DNA of 64,000 bases from Zoogloeaceae bacterium (lineage in GTDB: Bacteria; Pseudomonadota; Gammaproteobacteria; Burkholderiales; Rhodocyclaceae), in NCBI GenBank assembly GCA_016791005.1, contig JAEUNY010000179.1, forward strand, positions 253 to 64,252. The letters run 5' to 3'. The notes beneath the pieces were generated by a model, which made no database searches, was not told where the DNA came from, and saw only the letters and a list, made by a program, of their open reading frames with translations. Of the stretch, positions 40,794-53,966 are shown one piece after another (positions within the stretch are counted from its first letter, which is position 1; the number at the start of each line of letters is the position of its first letter). The position numbers and the translations under genes were made by a program.

Positions 40794-41129
40794 CTAGGTG
40801 AAGAACGGCGAAACGAGGCCAAGTGCCAGGCCAAGGGACAAGGGGGCCGGGGCGCTGGCAGTCAGCAGCGTCCCACTCGACTTGCCCACCCACTCCAGCC
40901 GCTCCGTTGATGGCCGGAACCAGCCGCGCCAGAGTATCCGCTCTTCCGCCCAGATACCCAAGAAGAGGATCGCCAGCGCGCACCCGGCGATGAGTGCGGC
41001 GACCACCGCCCCGTGCTTGGGCAGGGCATCGCCAAGCGCCGTGGAGACGAGATGGCCGACCATGAGCGCGAAGGCCAGGGAAGCGAGGTAAACGAGGGCC
41101 TTGAGGCTGGATGGGGCGGTGGGTGACAT
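40794..41129 (-). CDS. Hypothetical membrane protein (111 aa)
   Basis: MSPTAPSSLKALVYLASLAFALMVG... with about three hydrophobic segments. No family recognised. Confidence 0.4.
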   Translation of the reverse strand: MSPTAPSSLKALVYLASLAFALMVGHLVSTALGDALPKHGAVVAALIAGCALAILFLGIWAEERILWRGWFRPSTERLEWVGKSSGTLLTASAPAPLSLGLALGLVSPFFT

Positions 41130-41362
41130 GAGGTCTGACGCCGGACTCACCAGCCCTTGCGGTATGGACGCCTCGCCGATCCGACCCATGGACAGTGTAG
41201 GCTGCGGAGCAGGGGTGCCGTCATCGACGCACGAAGAACCCCAAGCCAGGGGGCAAGGGAGACCGCGCGCCATGGCGCTGATTGCGACCGAAGAGGCGGT
41301 GGAAGGCGGGGCGTCGACACCATCATGGGCAAAGGCACAGAAGTGCTCCGATCAGGCAACGC

Positions 41363-42229
41363 CTACTTCTTCGCGACGACCTGGCCAAGAACAATCCGCC
41401 CCTCCTGAAGATTTCGTCCTTGGTTCTGCGCCATGGCCTGAAAGTCGGCGCCCATCAGCACGTGGAATCCGAGGGGCGGAAACCCTTCCTTGCGGATCTT
41501 TTCGGCCAGCGCCACAAACCAGGTGCGGGCCAGTTCCGTGGTATCCGACCAGTCAGTCACGGTGAATCCGGCTTCTCCGAGAAGATCACGCAGTTCATCG
41601 GGCGCCACGAGGAAGCTGGTATCCGGCGTGCGGGCCCAGGGTACGGGGAAGAGCACCGGGCCAGTGGGGCCCGCCAAGATGTCGTAGATGGCGAGGGTGC
41701 CCCCCGGCTTGAGGACCCGGTGCATCTCGCGGTACAGCCGGGCCTTGTCCGGAATGTTCATGGCCACGTGCTCGGTCCAGACTACGTCGAAGGATTGATC
41801 CTCAAACGGCAGGCTGGTCGCGTCGCCCTGGCGATACTCAACGAGATGCGAAAGACCGGTCCTGGCGGAGAGGGCCTTGGCGGCGCGGCAGTATTCATCC
41901 GTAAGGTCGATACCGGTGACGTGACAACCGAATTCCGTCGCGAGGCAACGCGAGGTCCCGCCCACGCCGCAGCCAACATCGAGTACGCGGTGGGTCGCAT
42001 CCAGCCCCGCCGCCCGGGCGAGTTCGAGGGTGGCCATCCGCCCGCGGATGTGAAATTGATCGATGGGCGCCAAGTCTTCGGGGGTGAGGCGGTTTACGTC
42101 CTTGCCGGCCTTGAGCAGCGCCGCCAGGATGACCTCGCTCAGATCTTCGCGGGTGTAGTGGGTCTGGATTGCAGTATTGACATGAGTTTGCGTGGACACG
42201 GTCCACCTCCCGTTGAGTTTGCTTTTCAT
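41363..42229 (-). CDS. Class I SAM-dependent methyltransferase
   Basis: Motif I VLDVGCGVGGTS, motif post-I GIDL, and LKPGGTLAI. The start could instead be 42289. Confidence 0.85.
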   Translation of the reverse strand: MKSKLNGRWTVSTQTHVNTAIQTHYTREDLSEVILAALLKAGKDVNRLTPEDLAPIDQFHIRGRMATLELARAAGLDATHRVLDVGCGVGGTSRCLATEFGCHVTGIDLTDEYCRAAKALSARTGLSHLVEYRQGDATSLPFEDQSFDVVWTEHVAMNIPDKARLYREMHRVLKPGGTLAIYDILAGPTGPVLFPVPWARTPDTSFLVAPDELRDLLGEAGFTVTDWSDTTELARTWFVALAEKIRKEGFPPLGFHVLMGADFQAMAQNQGRNLQEGRIVLGQVVAKK

Positions 42230-42335
42230 CGAACTGACCCGTGCCGAGCACCCCGTGACCGGGCACTCTTGCCAGGCAGCGCACGCCATTGATTGCCGAC
42301 CATCGCCTTCCAGCAGTGGGTCGGGATTGGGACGT

Positions 42336-42611
42336 TCAAGCCGGCCATCGGGAGGCCCCCGCCGCCATCTCGCACAGGGCGTCAGTTTCGTCGAGGTCCC
42401 GCAGCAAGAAAACCACCTGCCCGTCGTCGCGCAAATTTTGCTGCATATAAGTGCTTCTCGCCTGCGCCTCGTCGGTCAGATTATTGACTACCCGGTTTTC
42501 GGCGCAGGTCCCCTGGAACACCGCAAATATTGCGAGGTTTGCGGGTCGCGAGGGATGCTGGAATGCAAGACTTGGCCCTTTTTCTTGAAGTACGACGCCA
42601 GTTTTAGGCAC
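42336..42611 (-). CDS. Hypothetical protein (weak call)
   Basis: ORF with a GTG start overlapping the VOC gene stop by 8 nt. No motif recognised. It may be non-coding. Confidence 0.3.
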   Translation of the reverse strand: MPKTGVVLQEKGPSLAFQHPSRPANLAIFAVFQGTCAENRVVNNLTDEAQARSTYMQQNLRDDGQVVFLLRDLDETDALCEMAAGASRWPA

Positions 42612-43041
42612 TCAGTTGTTCGGCAAGGGCAACAATAATCCCTTCAGGGCCGCGTATATAGGCCAGTCGATACGTGTTCTCGTAGTTCATTTCCCCGATG
42701 AGCTGAGCACCGTGGGCAAGCATGCGCGAGACGATAGCGTCGATCTCCTCAACCGCAAACATGATGCGGCGCATGCCGAGGGCGTTCACCGGTGCTTCCT
42801 CAGGGCCGAAGCGGATCGCGCTGGGGGTGTGAAACTTGTCCAACTCCACGCCTTGGCCATCGGGGGTGCGGAGGGTGACAAGGGTAGCCTTCACATCTTT
42901 GAGGCCGATGAGGGCACCAACCGCAGGCCCTTCGACAACTGCCTCACCCTCCACCTTGAGCCCCAGTTCGAGGAAGAATGCCTTCGTTGCCTCAAGATCA
43001 TCAACAACGATCAGGACATTGTCCATGCGTTTGATCGGCAT
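42604..43041 (-). CDS. VOC (glyoxalase/bleomycin-resistance/dioxygenase) family protein
   Basis: RMDNVLIVVDDLEATKAFFLELGL...GVELDKFH...GMRRIMFAVEEIDAI shows the paired beta-alpha-beta-beta-beta module pattern. Confidence 0.8.
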   Translation of the reverse strand: MPIKRMDNVLIVVDDLEATKAFFLELGLKVEGEAVVEGPAVGALIGLKDVKATLVTLRTPDGQGVELDKFHTPSAIRFGPEEAPVNALGMRRIMFAVEEIDAIVSRMLAHGAQLIGEMNYENTYRLAYIRGPEGIIVALAEQLSA

Positions 43042-43264
43042 GCGCTTGCTCCTGCAATGCTTCCGTAACCTGAGATGCCCCGAGTCTGGCGCAATGCCCT
43101 TCGGTCAATGCGGCCTGAGAGGAGTGATGTCCCGCGCCGTCAGGCAGTGTAGGCCGGAAAAGCTGAAATCGCCTTCCGCAGGAGGCTCCAGGGGCCGATC
43201 ACGCGTCGGATCGTTGGGGGCGGGAGAGATGGCGGGGCGGGGGGGTGTCAGGGATGTTGGAATA

Positions 43265-43278
43265 CAAGACCTGACCCC
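43265..43278. repeat. Inverted copy of the GGGGTCAGGTCTTG motif
   Basis: CAAGACCTGACCCC is the exact reverse complement of the motif repeated at 43770-43804. It lies on the other side of the phosphatase-like gene. Confidence 0.7.
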
Positions 43279-43282
43279 ATTT

Positions 43283-43315
43283 GCTCGAAGGGAACCTGCA
43301 AGCGCAGCTTGCAGG
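43283..43315 (-). terminator. Possible terminator hairpin downstream of the phosphatase-like gene
   Basis: Perfect 9-bp stem CCTGCAAGC-GCA-GCTTGCAGG. On the minus strand it is followed by TTCCCTTCG, a weak U-tract. Confidence 0.35.
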
Positions 43316-43352
43316 CGGTCCCTCTCGACGGAGTGGTTAGAGCGCGGTTGCC

Positions 43353-43679
43353 TCATGACGGTAGGTGCCGTGTGACCTTGGCCTTGAGCAGCTTGATGAG
43401 CACGGGGTCCATGAACTCGTACTCATCAGGGATATCGAGGCAGATTATGCGCTGATCTTTGATGTGTTTTTTGAACTTGGACGTGAGCTTGTTTCGATGC
43501 GCCTTCTCCATGACGAAAACAATATCCGCCCATTCAACCAACTCGCCTGTTACCGGATTTTCAGCATCGTGATTCAGCCCCGCCGAGGTGCACTCAATGC
43601 CTGGATGAGAGGCGAAGATTTGCTCTGCAGTGGGACTGCGAAGACGGTTTTGGCTACAAATGAACAGGACGTTGCGCAT
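43353..43679 (-). CDS. Short low-molecular-weight phosphatase/ArsC-superfamily protein (108 aa)
   Basis: N-terminal P-loop VLFICSQNRLRSP (C-x5-R-S). GC content is visibly lower than in neighbouring genes. Confidence 0.75.
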   Translation of the reverse strand: MRNVLFICSQNRLRSPTAEQIFASHPGIECTSAGLNHDAENPVTGELVEWADIVFVMEKAHRNKLTSKFKKHIKDQRIICLDIPDEYEFMDPVLIKLLKAKVTRHLPS

Positions 43680-43744
43680 AGATCAGAGTGAAGCGCTCTA
43701 ACGTGACTTCGACTGCACGTCCGGTGCAGCATAACGTGCCGCGC

Positions 43745-43804
43745 TGCGGAATCGGGGTCATGCGGAATCGGGGTCAGGTCTTGCGGAATCGGGGTCAGGT
43801 CTTG
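43745..43804. repeat. Three tandem direct repeats (16/21/21 bp) upstream of the phosphatase-like gene
   Basis: The unit TGCGGAATCGGGGTCA occurs at 43745, 43761 and 43782. The last two copies are extended by GGTCT. Confidence 0.85.
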
Positions 43805-43972
43805 CAAAGCAACACCCCCACCCCCCAACTTAATCGCCCGTGACGCCAGTGAGTGCCAAACCGGCCCTCAATCCCCAAACACCGCCGAAGAATAAACCTC
43901 CTGCACGTCGTCGAGCGACTCCAGTCCGCATAGGTCGCAATAACCAAATGTCATTCCGCCCTGTGCAATACC

Positions 43973-44959
<987 letters not shown>

Positions 44960-45116
44960 TTATAGCCGAGGCCCCGGCGGCGCTTTTTCATGGGTCCGAT
45001 CGCGCAAATCTATGGAACGGCGCGTGATCCGCGACACACCTGCCGTGAAAGTTGTAGTTTTCCTTATACTGTCCGTTATTGCGTTCATTGCGTTTTTTTG
45101 CAGGATGGGAGCACCG

Positions 45117-45788
45117 ATGAGTCAGCCCAATGCCGTATCCACCATCGCGCTGAAGACCTTCCCCCTGTTCCAGGGTCTGCCCGATGATCGTCTTGCGGCG
45201 ATTGCCCGCTGCGCGATGATGCGGCGCATTCCCCGGGGCCAGACGGTGGTGCGGGCGGGGGACCGGACGGATTTCGTCTATTTCGTCCTGACCGGCAGCC
45301 TCAAGGTGACGGTGAGCGACGAAGACGGACGTGAGGTGATCCTGTCCATCCTCGGCCAGGGCGAGCTCTTCGGTGAGATGGGCATGTTCGGCGAGCAGCC
45401 GCGCTCGGCGACGGTGCTGGCGGTGGTTCCGGTGGACCTGGTGCAGATCGCCAAGCACGATTTCCGCCGCATCATGGAAGAGAATTTCGACATCGCCTGG
45501 CGCATCATGTGCAACCTCGCCCAGCGCCTGCGCAATGCCGACCGCAAGATCGAGAGTCTGGCGCTGATGGACGTGTACGGCCGGGTGGCGCGCCTGCTCC
45601 TGGATATGTCGGAGGACGTGGGGGGCGAGGTGATCGTGACCCGCAAGATCTCCAAGCAGGACATCGCCAAGATGATCGGCGCATCCCGCGAGATGGTGAG
45701 CCGGGTGATGAAGGACCTGGGAGTCCAGGGCCTCATCGAGGAAACCGATCGCGGTGTCATCCTTCGGGAGCGCCTCAACGAGGTTTGA
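45117..45788 (+). CDS. Crp/Fnr-family regulator of the CRP/Vfr/Clp type (no FNR Cys cluster)
   Basis: cNMP-binding domain (FPLFQGLPDDRL...GELFGEMGMF...RSATV) and HTH ISKQDIAKMIGASREMVSRVMKDL. GGGAG lies 5 nt upstream of the ATG at 45117. Confidence 0.88.
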   Translation: MSQPNAVSTIALKTFPLFQGLPDDRLAAIARCAMMRRIPRGQTVVRAGDRTDFVYFVLTGSLKVTVSDEDGREVILSILGQGELFGEMGMFGEQPRSATVLAVVPVDLVQIAKHDFRRIMEENFDIAWRIMCNLAQRLRNADRKIESLALMDVYGRVARLLLDMSEDVGGEVIVTRKISKQDIAKMIGASREMVSRVMKDLGVQGLIEETDRGVILRERLNEV

Positions 45789-45915
45789 TTCCCCGCCGTC
45801 CGTCCTGGGCGCGGCGTTCTACAAGTCCTTACCTTGAGGCCGCCGCCCCCGGCGCGGGGTGGCCTATAATCCCGCCGGTGTTTCATCCCGCCGCAGTTCT
45901 GTGGCCTCGTTCCCC

Positions 45916-48204
45916 ATGCACGCCCGCTCCGCCCAACGCTATCAACCGCTTCCCGAGCGTATTGCCAGCCTGCTTCAGGAAACCCGCTGGTTGTTGCTGG
46001 GGGTGGTTTCGCTGTACATCGCCCTTGTCCTGATTGGCTACAACAAGGCGGACCCGGGCTGGTCCCACGCCACCGGGAACGGTGCGGTCACCAACCCGGG
46101 TGGGCGCTTTGGCGCCTGGCTGGCGGACCTCCTGTTTTACGTGTTCGGGCTGTCGGCCTGGTGGTGGGTGATCTACTTTGCCTTCGGCCTGGTCTGGGGG
46201 TTTCGCCGGATGGCGGCGGAGTTCAAGGCGGATCGCCGTTCGTCGGTAGTGGTGGCGGCTGGATTTGTCATGGTGCTGGTGGCGAGCTGCACGCTGGAAG
46301 CCTTGCGCTTCCATTCGTCCTCCGCCCGTCTGCCCCTGGCACCCGGGGGGCTCCTGGGGATGGAGCTGGGTCGCCTGACCCTGAAGTATTTGGGATTCAC
46401 CGGCGGTACGCTGGTGTTGTTGGCGGTGCTGGCTTCGGGCTTGAGTCTGGGAACCGGGGTCTCATGGTTGAACGCGGTGGAGCGGTTTGGCCAGGCGCTG
46501 GAAAACCTGGGTCTCGGGGCTCTGAGGTTCTTCTCCACCTGGCAGGACCGCAAGGCGGGCCGCGAAGTGGCCCAGCAACGGGCCGAGGTGGTGCAGACCA
46601 AGCGGCGCAAGAGCGGAGACGGGGCGCCGCCGCCGGTGCGCATTGAACCCGCGCCCCAGGAAGTGCCCAAATCCGAGCGGGTCGAGAAGGAGCGACAAAA
46701 GCCCCTCTTCACCGACATGGCGGGGGGGATGTTGCCACCCCTGTCGCTGCTGGACGCCCCGAGCCAGGACGTGGCCCCGCCGCCCCCCGACACGCTGGAA
46801 TTCACCTCCCGCCTGATTGAGCGCAAGCTGGCCGACTTCGGCGTCGAAGTGGCGGTGCTGGCCGCGTATCCCGGGCCGGTGGTCACCCGCTATGAAATCG
46901 AACCGGCCACTGGCGTCAAGGGTGCGCAGGTGGTGAATCTGGCCAAGGACCTGGCCCGGGCCCTCTCGCTGGTGTCGGTGCGAGTCGTGGAAACCGTCCC
47001 GGGCAAGTCGTGCATGGCGCTGGAACTGCCCAATCCCAAGAGGCAGACGGTGCGCCTCTCCGAGATCCTCGGCTCCAAGGCCTACCACGACATGGGCTCC
47101 CCCATCACCGTGGGGCTCGGGAAGGACATCGCGGGCCACCCGATGGTGGCGGATCTTGGCAAGATGCCGCACCTCCTGGTGGCGGGGACCACCGGCTCCG
47201 GGAAGTCGGTGGGGATCAACGCCATGATCCTTTCGCTGCTCTACAAGTCGGAGCCCTCCGAGGTTCGCCTGATCATGGTGGACCCGAAGATGCTCGAATT
47301 GTCCATCTACGAGGGCATTCCCCATTTGTTGGCACCGGTGGTGACCGACATGAAGCACGCGGCCAACGCGCTCAACTGGTGCGTGGGCGAGATGGAGAAG
47401 CGCTACCGCCTGATGTCGGCGGTGGGGGTGCGGAATCTGGCCGGCTTCAACAAGCATGTGCTGGAAAACCGCAAGGCCGGCACGCCCCTCAAGAATCCGT
47501 TCTCCATCACCCCCGATAATCCCGAGCCCCTCGACACCCTGCCCCACATCGTGGTGGTGGTGGATGAACTCGCCGACATGATGATGGTGGTGGGCAAGAA
47601 GGTGGAGGAGCTCATCGCCCGCCTGGCCCAGAAGGCGCGGGCGGCCGGCATCCACCTCATCCTGGCCACCCAGCGGCCCAGCGTGGATGTGATCACCGGC
47701 CTCATCAAGGCCAACATTCCGACCCGCATCGCCTTTCAGGTGTCGAGCAAGATCGACTCGCGCACGATTCTCGACCAGATGGGGGCCGAGGCCCTGCTGG
47801 GCATGGGGGATATGCTCTATCTGGCCCCCGGCACCGGGCTGCCGGTGCGGGTCCACGGTGCCTTCGTGGCGGACGACGAAGTCCACAAGGTGGTGGATTA
47901 CCTCAAGCAGCAGGGGGCGCCGGACTACGTGGACGGCATCCTTTCCGGCGCGGAGGAAGAGGGCGAGGGCGCCCTTGCGGGGGAGGAGGGCAGCGAAGGC
48001 GAGGCCGATCCTCTTTACGACCAGGCGGTCGAGGTGGTGCTGAAGACCCGCCGGCCCTCGATTTCCCTGGTCCAGCGCCACCTGCGGATCGGCTACAACC
48101 GGTCGGCCCGGTTGATCGAACAGATGGAACGTTCCGGCGTCGTCTCCGCCATGGGGTCGAACGGCAACCGGGAGGTTCTGGTGCCGCCGCGGGAGGGAGA
48201 CTGA
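45916..48204 (+). CDS. ftsK: DNA translocase FtsK
   Basis: N-terminal TM domain, Pro-rich linker, Walker A GTTGSGKS, and the C-terminal gamma domain ([39 protein letters not shown]). The start may be 45859. Confidence 0.95.
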   Translation: MHARSAQRYQPLPERIASLLQETRWLLLGVVSLYIALVLIGYNKADPGWSHATGNGAVTNPGGRFGAWLADLLFYVFGLSAWWWVIYFAFGLVWGFRRMAAEFKADRRSSVVVAAGFVMVLVASCTLEALRFHSSSARLPLAPGGLLGMELGRLTLKYLGFTGGTLVLLAVLASGLSLGTGVSWLNAVERFGQALENLGLGALRFFSTWQDRKAGREVAQQRAEVVQTKRRKSGDGAPPPVRIEPAPQEVPKSERVEKERQKPLFTDMAGGMLPPLSLLDAPSQDVAPPPPDTLEFTSRLIERKLADFGVEVAVLAAYPGPVVTRYEIEPATGVKGAQVVNLAKDLARALSLVSVRVVETVPGKSCMALELPNPKRQTVRLSEILGSKAYHDMGSPITVGLGKDIAGHPMVADLGKMPHLLVAGTTGSGKSVGINAMILSLLYKSEPSEVRLIMVDPKMLELSIYEGIPHLLAPVVTDMKHAANALNWCVGEMEKRYRLMSAVGVRNLAGFNKHVLENRKAGTPLKNPFSITPDNPEPLDTLPHIVVVVDELADMMMVVGKKVEELIARLAQKARAAGIHLILATQRPSVDVITGLIKANIPTRIAFQVSSKIDSRTILDQMGAEALLGMGDMLYLAPGTGLPVRVHGAFVADDEVHKVVDYLKQQGAPDYVDGILSGAEEEGEGALAGEEGSEGEADPLYDQAVEVVLKTRRPSISLVQRHLRIGYNRSARLIEQMERSGVVSAMGSNGNREVLVPPREGD

Positions 48205-48205
48205 C

Positions 48206-48856
48206 ATGGTGGGCAAAATAATGTCGCCGAGCCGCTTCGCCTGGGGGCGGAGGGTGTTTCTGGCTGGGCTGCTCGCGCTCCTCCCCTGGTCGGCCTGGGC
48301 GGATGGCCTGTCGCAATTGCAGCGCTTCGTGGAGGATCGTCGCGGGGCTGAGGGGACGTTTGTCCAGACCGTCCAGTCCCGCGCGGGGCGCAAGCCCCAG
48401 GTCTCGGAGGGCCGCTTTGCCTTCCAGCGACCCGGGCGTTTTCGTTGGGATTACCTCAAGCCCTATCCCCAACTCCTGGTGGGCGACGGCCAGAAGCTGT
48501 GGTCCTGGGACAAGGATCTCAACCAGGTGACGGTCAAGCCCCTGGGGGATGCCCTCGGCGCCACCCCGGCGGCCATTCTCGCGGGCGACCAGCCCCTGGA
48601 GCGGAATTTCATCCTCGAAGACGGGGGCCAGCGGGACGGCCTGGAGTGGGTGGAAGCCCGCCCGCGCAGCGCCGAGGCGAGTTTCCAGTCCATGCGTCTG
48701 GGGTTTTCCGAAGGGGTGCTCCAGCGCATGGAACTGGCGGATAACTTCGGCCAGACCACCGAACTGGTCTTTACCCGCCTCACTCGCTCGGCCCGCATCG
48801 AACCGGACACCTTCCGCTTCGTCCCGCCCGCCGGGGCCGACGTGATCGGCCAGTAA
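48206..48856 (+). CDS. lolA: Outer-membrane lipoprotein carrier protein
   Basis: Signal peptide, F.Q....G..S.G.F pattern, and ftsK-lolA-rarA synteny. Confidence 0.9.
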   Translation: MVGKIMSPSRFAWGRRVFLAGLLALLPWSAWADGLSQLQRFVEDRRGAEGTFVQTVQSRAGRKPQVSEGRFAFQRPGRFRWDYLKPYPQLLVGDGQKLWSWDKDLNQVTVKPLGDALGATPAAILAGDQPLERNFILEDGGQRDGLEWVEARPRSAEASFQSMRLGFSEGVLQRMELADNFGQTTELVFTRLTRSARIEPDTFRFVPPAGADVIGQ

Positions 48857-48866
48857 TCCGGCCGTC

Positions 48867-50198
48867 GTGGCGGACCTCTTCGACACCCTGGCGCCCCCTC
48901 AGGTGCCGTTGGCTGAACGCCTCAGGCCGCAGCACATCGACGAGGTGGTGGGGCAGCGCCATCTGCTGGCGCCGGGCAAACCCCTGGCCCTGGCCTTTGC
49001 CTCGGGCAAGCCCCATTCGATGATCCTCTGGGGCCCGCCGGGCGTGGGCAAGACGACCCTTGCGCGCCTGACGGCCGCCGCCTTCGATGCCGATTTTCTC
49101 GCGTTGTCCGCCGTGTTTTCTGGCGTCAAGGACATCCGCGAAGCTATGGCCCGGGCCAACGAGGCCCGCACGCGGGGGCGTCACACCATCCTATTCGTGG
49201 ATGAGGTGCATCGTTTCAACAAGGCCCAGCAGGATGCCTTCCTCCCCTTCGTCGAGCAGGGGCTCATCACCTTTATCGGGGCTACCACGGAAAACCCATC
49301 CTTCGAGGTGAACTCAGCCCTGCTGTCCCGGGCCAGTGTTTATACCCTGGAACCCCTGGACGCCGAGGCGCTTGGGATGCTCTTCGATCGGGCGTCTGCG
49401 GTCGCTGGGCCCGGATTGGATTTCGAGGCGGCCGCCCGGGATCGCCTCATCGGGCTTGCGGACGGCGATGCGCGCCGGCTCCTCAATCTGGTCGAACAGA
49501 TCGCGACGGCGGCCATGTCGGCTGGGGTCTCGTCGGTGAGCGGCGATTTCGCGGCGGAGGCATTGGCCCGTAACCTGCGGCGCTTCGACAAGGGGGGCGA
49601 GGCGTTTTACGACCAGATCTCTGCCCTCCACAAATCGGTGCGTGGCTCACACCCCGACGCGGCCTTGTACTGGTTGTGCCGCATGCTCGATGGCGGTGCC
49701 GAGCCGCTCTACCTAGGGCGTCGGCTGGTGCGGATGGCCGTCGAGGATATTGGTCTGGCCGACCCGCGGGCCCTGGAAATCTGCCTCAATGCCTGTACGA
49801 CCTTTGAACGCCTGGGGTCGCCCGAGGGGGAACTGGCCCTGGCCGAGGCGACGGTGTTCCTGGCCTGTGCCGCCAAGTCCAATGCGGTCTACAAGGCCTA
49901 CAAGGCGGCGCGCAAGTTTGTCAGCGAAGATGGCTCCCGACCGGTTCCGCTGCATTTGCGCAATGCGCCCACCGGGCTGATGAAGGAACTGGGCTACGGC
50001 GAGGGCTATCGCTACGCCCACGACGAGCCGGGCGCCTACGCGGCCGGGGCGTCCTACCTGCCGGAGGGCATGGCTTCCCCGGGCTGGTACCAGCCCACCG
50101 ATCGCGGCCTGGAAGGCGCAATCGGGGAAAAGCTGGCCCGCCTCCGGGCCCTGGACGAGGCGTCTGCGGCTAATCCTGGCAAGCGGAAAGGGCCATGA
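48867..50198 (+). CDS. rarA: Replication-associated recombination protein A (AAA+)
   Basis: [21 protein letters not shown], Walker [25 protein letters not shown] start. Confidence 0.95.
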   Translation: MADLFDTLAPPQVPLAERLRPQHIDEVVGQRHLLAPGKPLALAFASGKPHSMILWGPPGVGKTTLARLTAAAFDADFLALSAVFSGVKDIREAMARANEARTRGRHTILFVDEVHRFNKAQQDAFLPFVEQGLITFIGATTENPSFEVNSALLSRASVYTLEPLDAEALGMLFDRASAVAGPGLDFEAAARDRLIGLADGDARRLLNLVEQIATAAMSAGVSSVSGDFAAEALARNLRRFDKGGEAFYDQISALHKSVRGSHPDAALYWLCRMLDGGAEPLYLGRRLVRMAVEDIGLADPRALEICLNACTTFERLGSPEGELALAEATVFLACAAKSNAVYKAYKAARKFVSEDGSRPVPLHLRNAPTGLMKELGYGEGYRYAHDEPGAYAAGASYLPEGMASPGWYQPTDRGLEGAIGEKLARLRALDEASAANPGKRKGP

Positions 50199-50433
50199 AG
50201 CGCCGGCAGGCCTGACGGGCCTGGTCGGCCTTGAGGATGTGACCATTGCGGTCGGCGCGGGCTTCCAGATCACGCAGGTAACGGGTGATGACCAGAATGC
50301 CTTCCGGCGTCTGCACCATGCCACACAAGATCTGGGCGGCGGCCACGTCGGGAATTTGTTCGTGTTCGGCGATCAGGGCAACGTCCTCCTCCAGGATGTC
50401 GCAATAGTCGAGACAGTCTCTGATTGACAGCAT
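50170..50433 (-). CDS. Hypothetical small protein (87 aa)
   Basis: GAGGAG lies 6 nt upstream of the ATG. It overlaps the rarA 3' end convergently by 29 nt. No family recognised. Confidence 0.5.
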   Translation of the reverse strand: MLSIRDCLDYCDILEEDVALIAEHEQIPDVAAAQILCGMVQTPEGILVITRYLRDLEARADRNGHILKADQARQACRRFMALSACQD

Positions 50434-50607
50434 GGTGTTCTCCTCAAGTGTGGAATCAAATGGCGCCCTCTGCGGGGCGCTGGAATTTTTAGTGTGCCCA
50501 ATAGACCGCGCCGGAATATAAAGTTTCCGTGAATATTTTTGTCATTTGATTGACTGCGGCTATGGCAGTCGGTTTCGGGGCGCGTGGGCGGTGCCGCCAC
50601 CGGTTAG

Positions 50608-53438
<2,831 letters not shown>

Positions 53439-53544
53439 GGAAGGTCCAGGGGGGAGATGGGCGGGATTCTGCGCTCCGGAGCAGGGCGCGACAAGCCGGA
53501 GTGGGCCTAAGCGAGGACGCTGTGCCGTGCCGTCATCGCGCTGG

Positions 53545-53572
53545 TTGCCCGGCCGAGCGCTACGGTTATAAT
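53545..53572 (+). promoter_or_regulatory. Sigma-70-like promoter for tRNA-Ser
   Basis: TTGCCC-16 nt-TATAAT followed by a GC-rich discriminator (TCGCCCC), about 40 nt upstream of the tRNA. Confidence 0.45.
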
Positions 53573-53612
53573 TCGCCCCTTCGCACGGCGTGCTGGTTAT
53601 CGCGGCGCGAAT

Positions 53613-53705
53613 GGAGAGGTACCGAAGTGGCCATAACGGCGCCGACTCGAAATCGGATGGTCTGGGAAACCAGGCACGGGGGTTCGAATCCCCCCCTCTC
53701 CGCCA
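53613..53705 (+). tRNA. tRNA-Ser (anticodon CGA)
   Basis: GGAGAGGTACCGAAGTGG...GACTCGAAATC... with a long variable arm, TTCGAATCC T-loop and encoded CCA. Confidence 0.93.
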
Positions 53706-53730
53706 GTCTCCCGGCTTTTTTCTGATGGAC

Positions 53731-53759
53731 TTGCTGCACTGGCAATGTATCGATAGAAT
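53731..53759 (+). promoter_or_regulatory. Sigma-70-like promoter for tRNA-Val (and possibly thrS read-through)
   Basis: TTGCTG-17 nt-TAGAAT, ending 12 nt before the tRNA 5' end. Confidence 0.45.
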
Positions 53760-53771
53760 GTCGGGCTTCTC

Positions 53772-53848
53772 AGGCGCGTAGCTCAGCTGGTTAGAGCACC
53801 ACCTTGACATGGTGGGGGTCGTTGGTTCGAGTCCAATCGCGCCTACCA
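53772..53848 (+). tRNA. tRNA-Val (anticodon GAC)
   Basis: AGGCGCGTAGCTCAGCTGGTTAGAGCACCACCTTGACATGGTGGGGGTCGTTGGTTCGAGTCCAATCGCGCCTACCA. It is close to E. coli tRNA-Val(GAC) as I recall it. Confidence 0.93.
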
Positions 53849-53940
53849 ATACTGGGAGGCAAGACGTGGTGGCTGATCGAACTTACGCGGATTGCCGCGG
53901 AAATTCATAGCAAGTACCACTGTCTTGTTGGAACACAAAA

Positions 53941-53966
53941 GTGCGGCTTGTCCGCACTTTTTTTTT
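53941..53966 (+). terminator. Hairpin plus U-run between tRNA-Val and thrS (terminator and/or thrS operator)
   Basis: GTGCGG-CTTGT-CCGCAC followed by T9. The stem can extend through AAAA/TTTT. It ends 17 nt before the thrS ATG. Confidence 0.7.

Noticed and set aside
39708-40910. 400-aa plus-strand ORF opposite the Smr-domain gene
   Set aside because: It has no motifs and extreme Gly/Arg/Pro content. The minus strand carries a clear Smr domain. This does mean the N-terminal half of the Smr call rests on weak evidence.
43745-43804. Possibility that the tandem repeats are a CRISPR array
   Set aside because: There are only three copies, directly abutting with no spacers, and the units are 16-21 bp. 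No cas genes are present in the window.
43574-43828. 84-aa ORF reading through the tandem repeats (QDLTPIPQDLTPIP...)
   Set aside because: Its repetitive peptide is simply the translation of the DNA repeats. It overlaps the phosphatase-like gene start and has no SD.
43868-43954. 28-codon minus-strand ORF MTFGYCDLCGLESLDDVQEVYSSAVFGD next to trxB
   Set aside because: It is too short, has a weak SD and no recognisable family. It is possibly a fragment of a zinc-ribbon protein, but the sequence alone does not support that.
46462-48886. Minus-strand ORFs 46462-48393 and 47903-48886 antisense to ftsK/lolA
   Set aside because: Antisense artefacts. The FtsK Walker motifs, gamma domain and LolA are on the plus strand.
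53439-53849. N-terminal 137 aa of the 645-aa ORF 51912-53849
   Set aside because: This part runs antisense straight through tRNA-Ser and tRNA-Val. A proper lipoprotein signal (MRSWLLALGALFLVAC) begins at 53438, so the gene was trimmed to that start.
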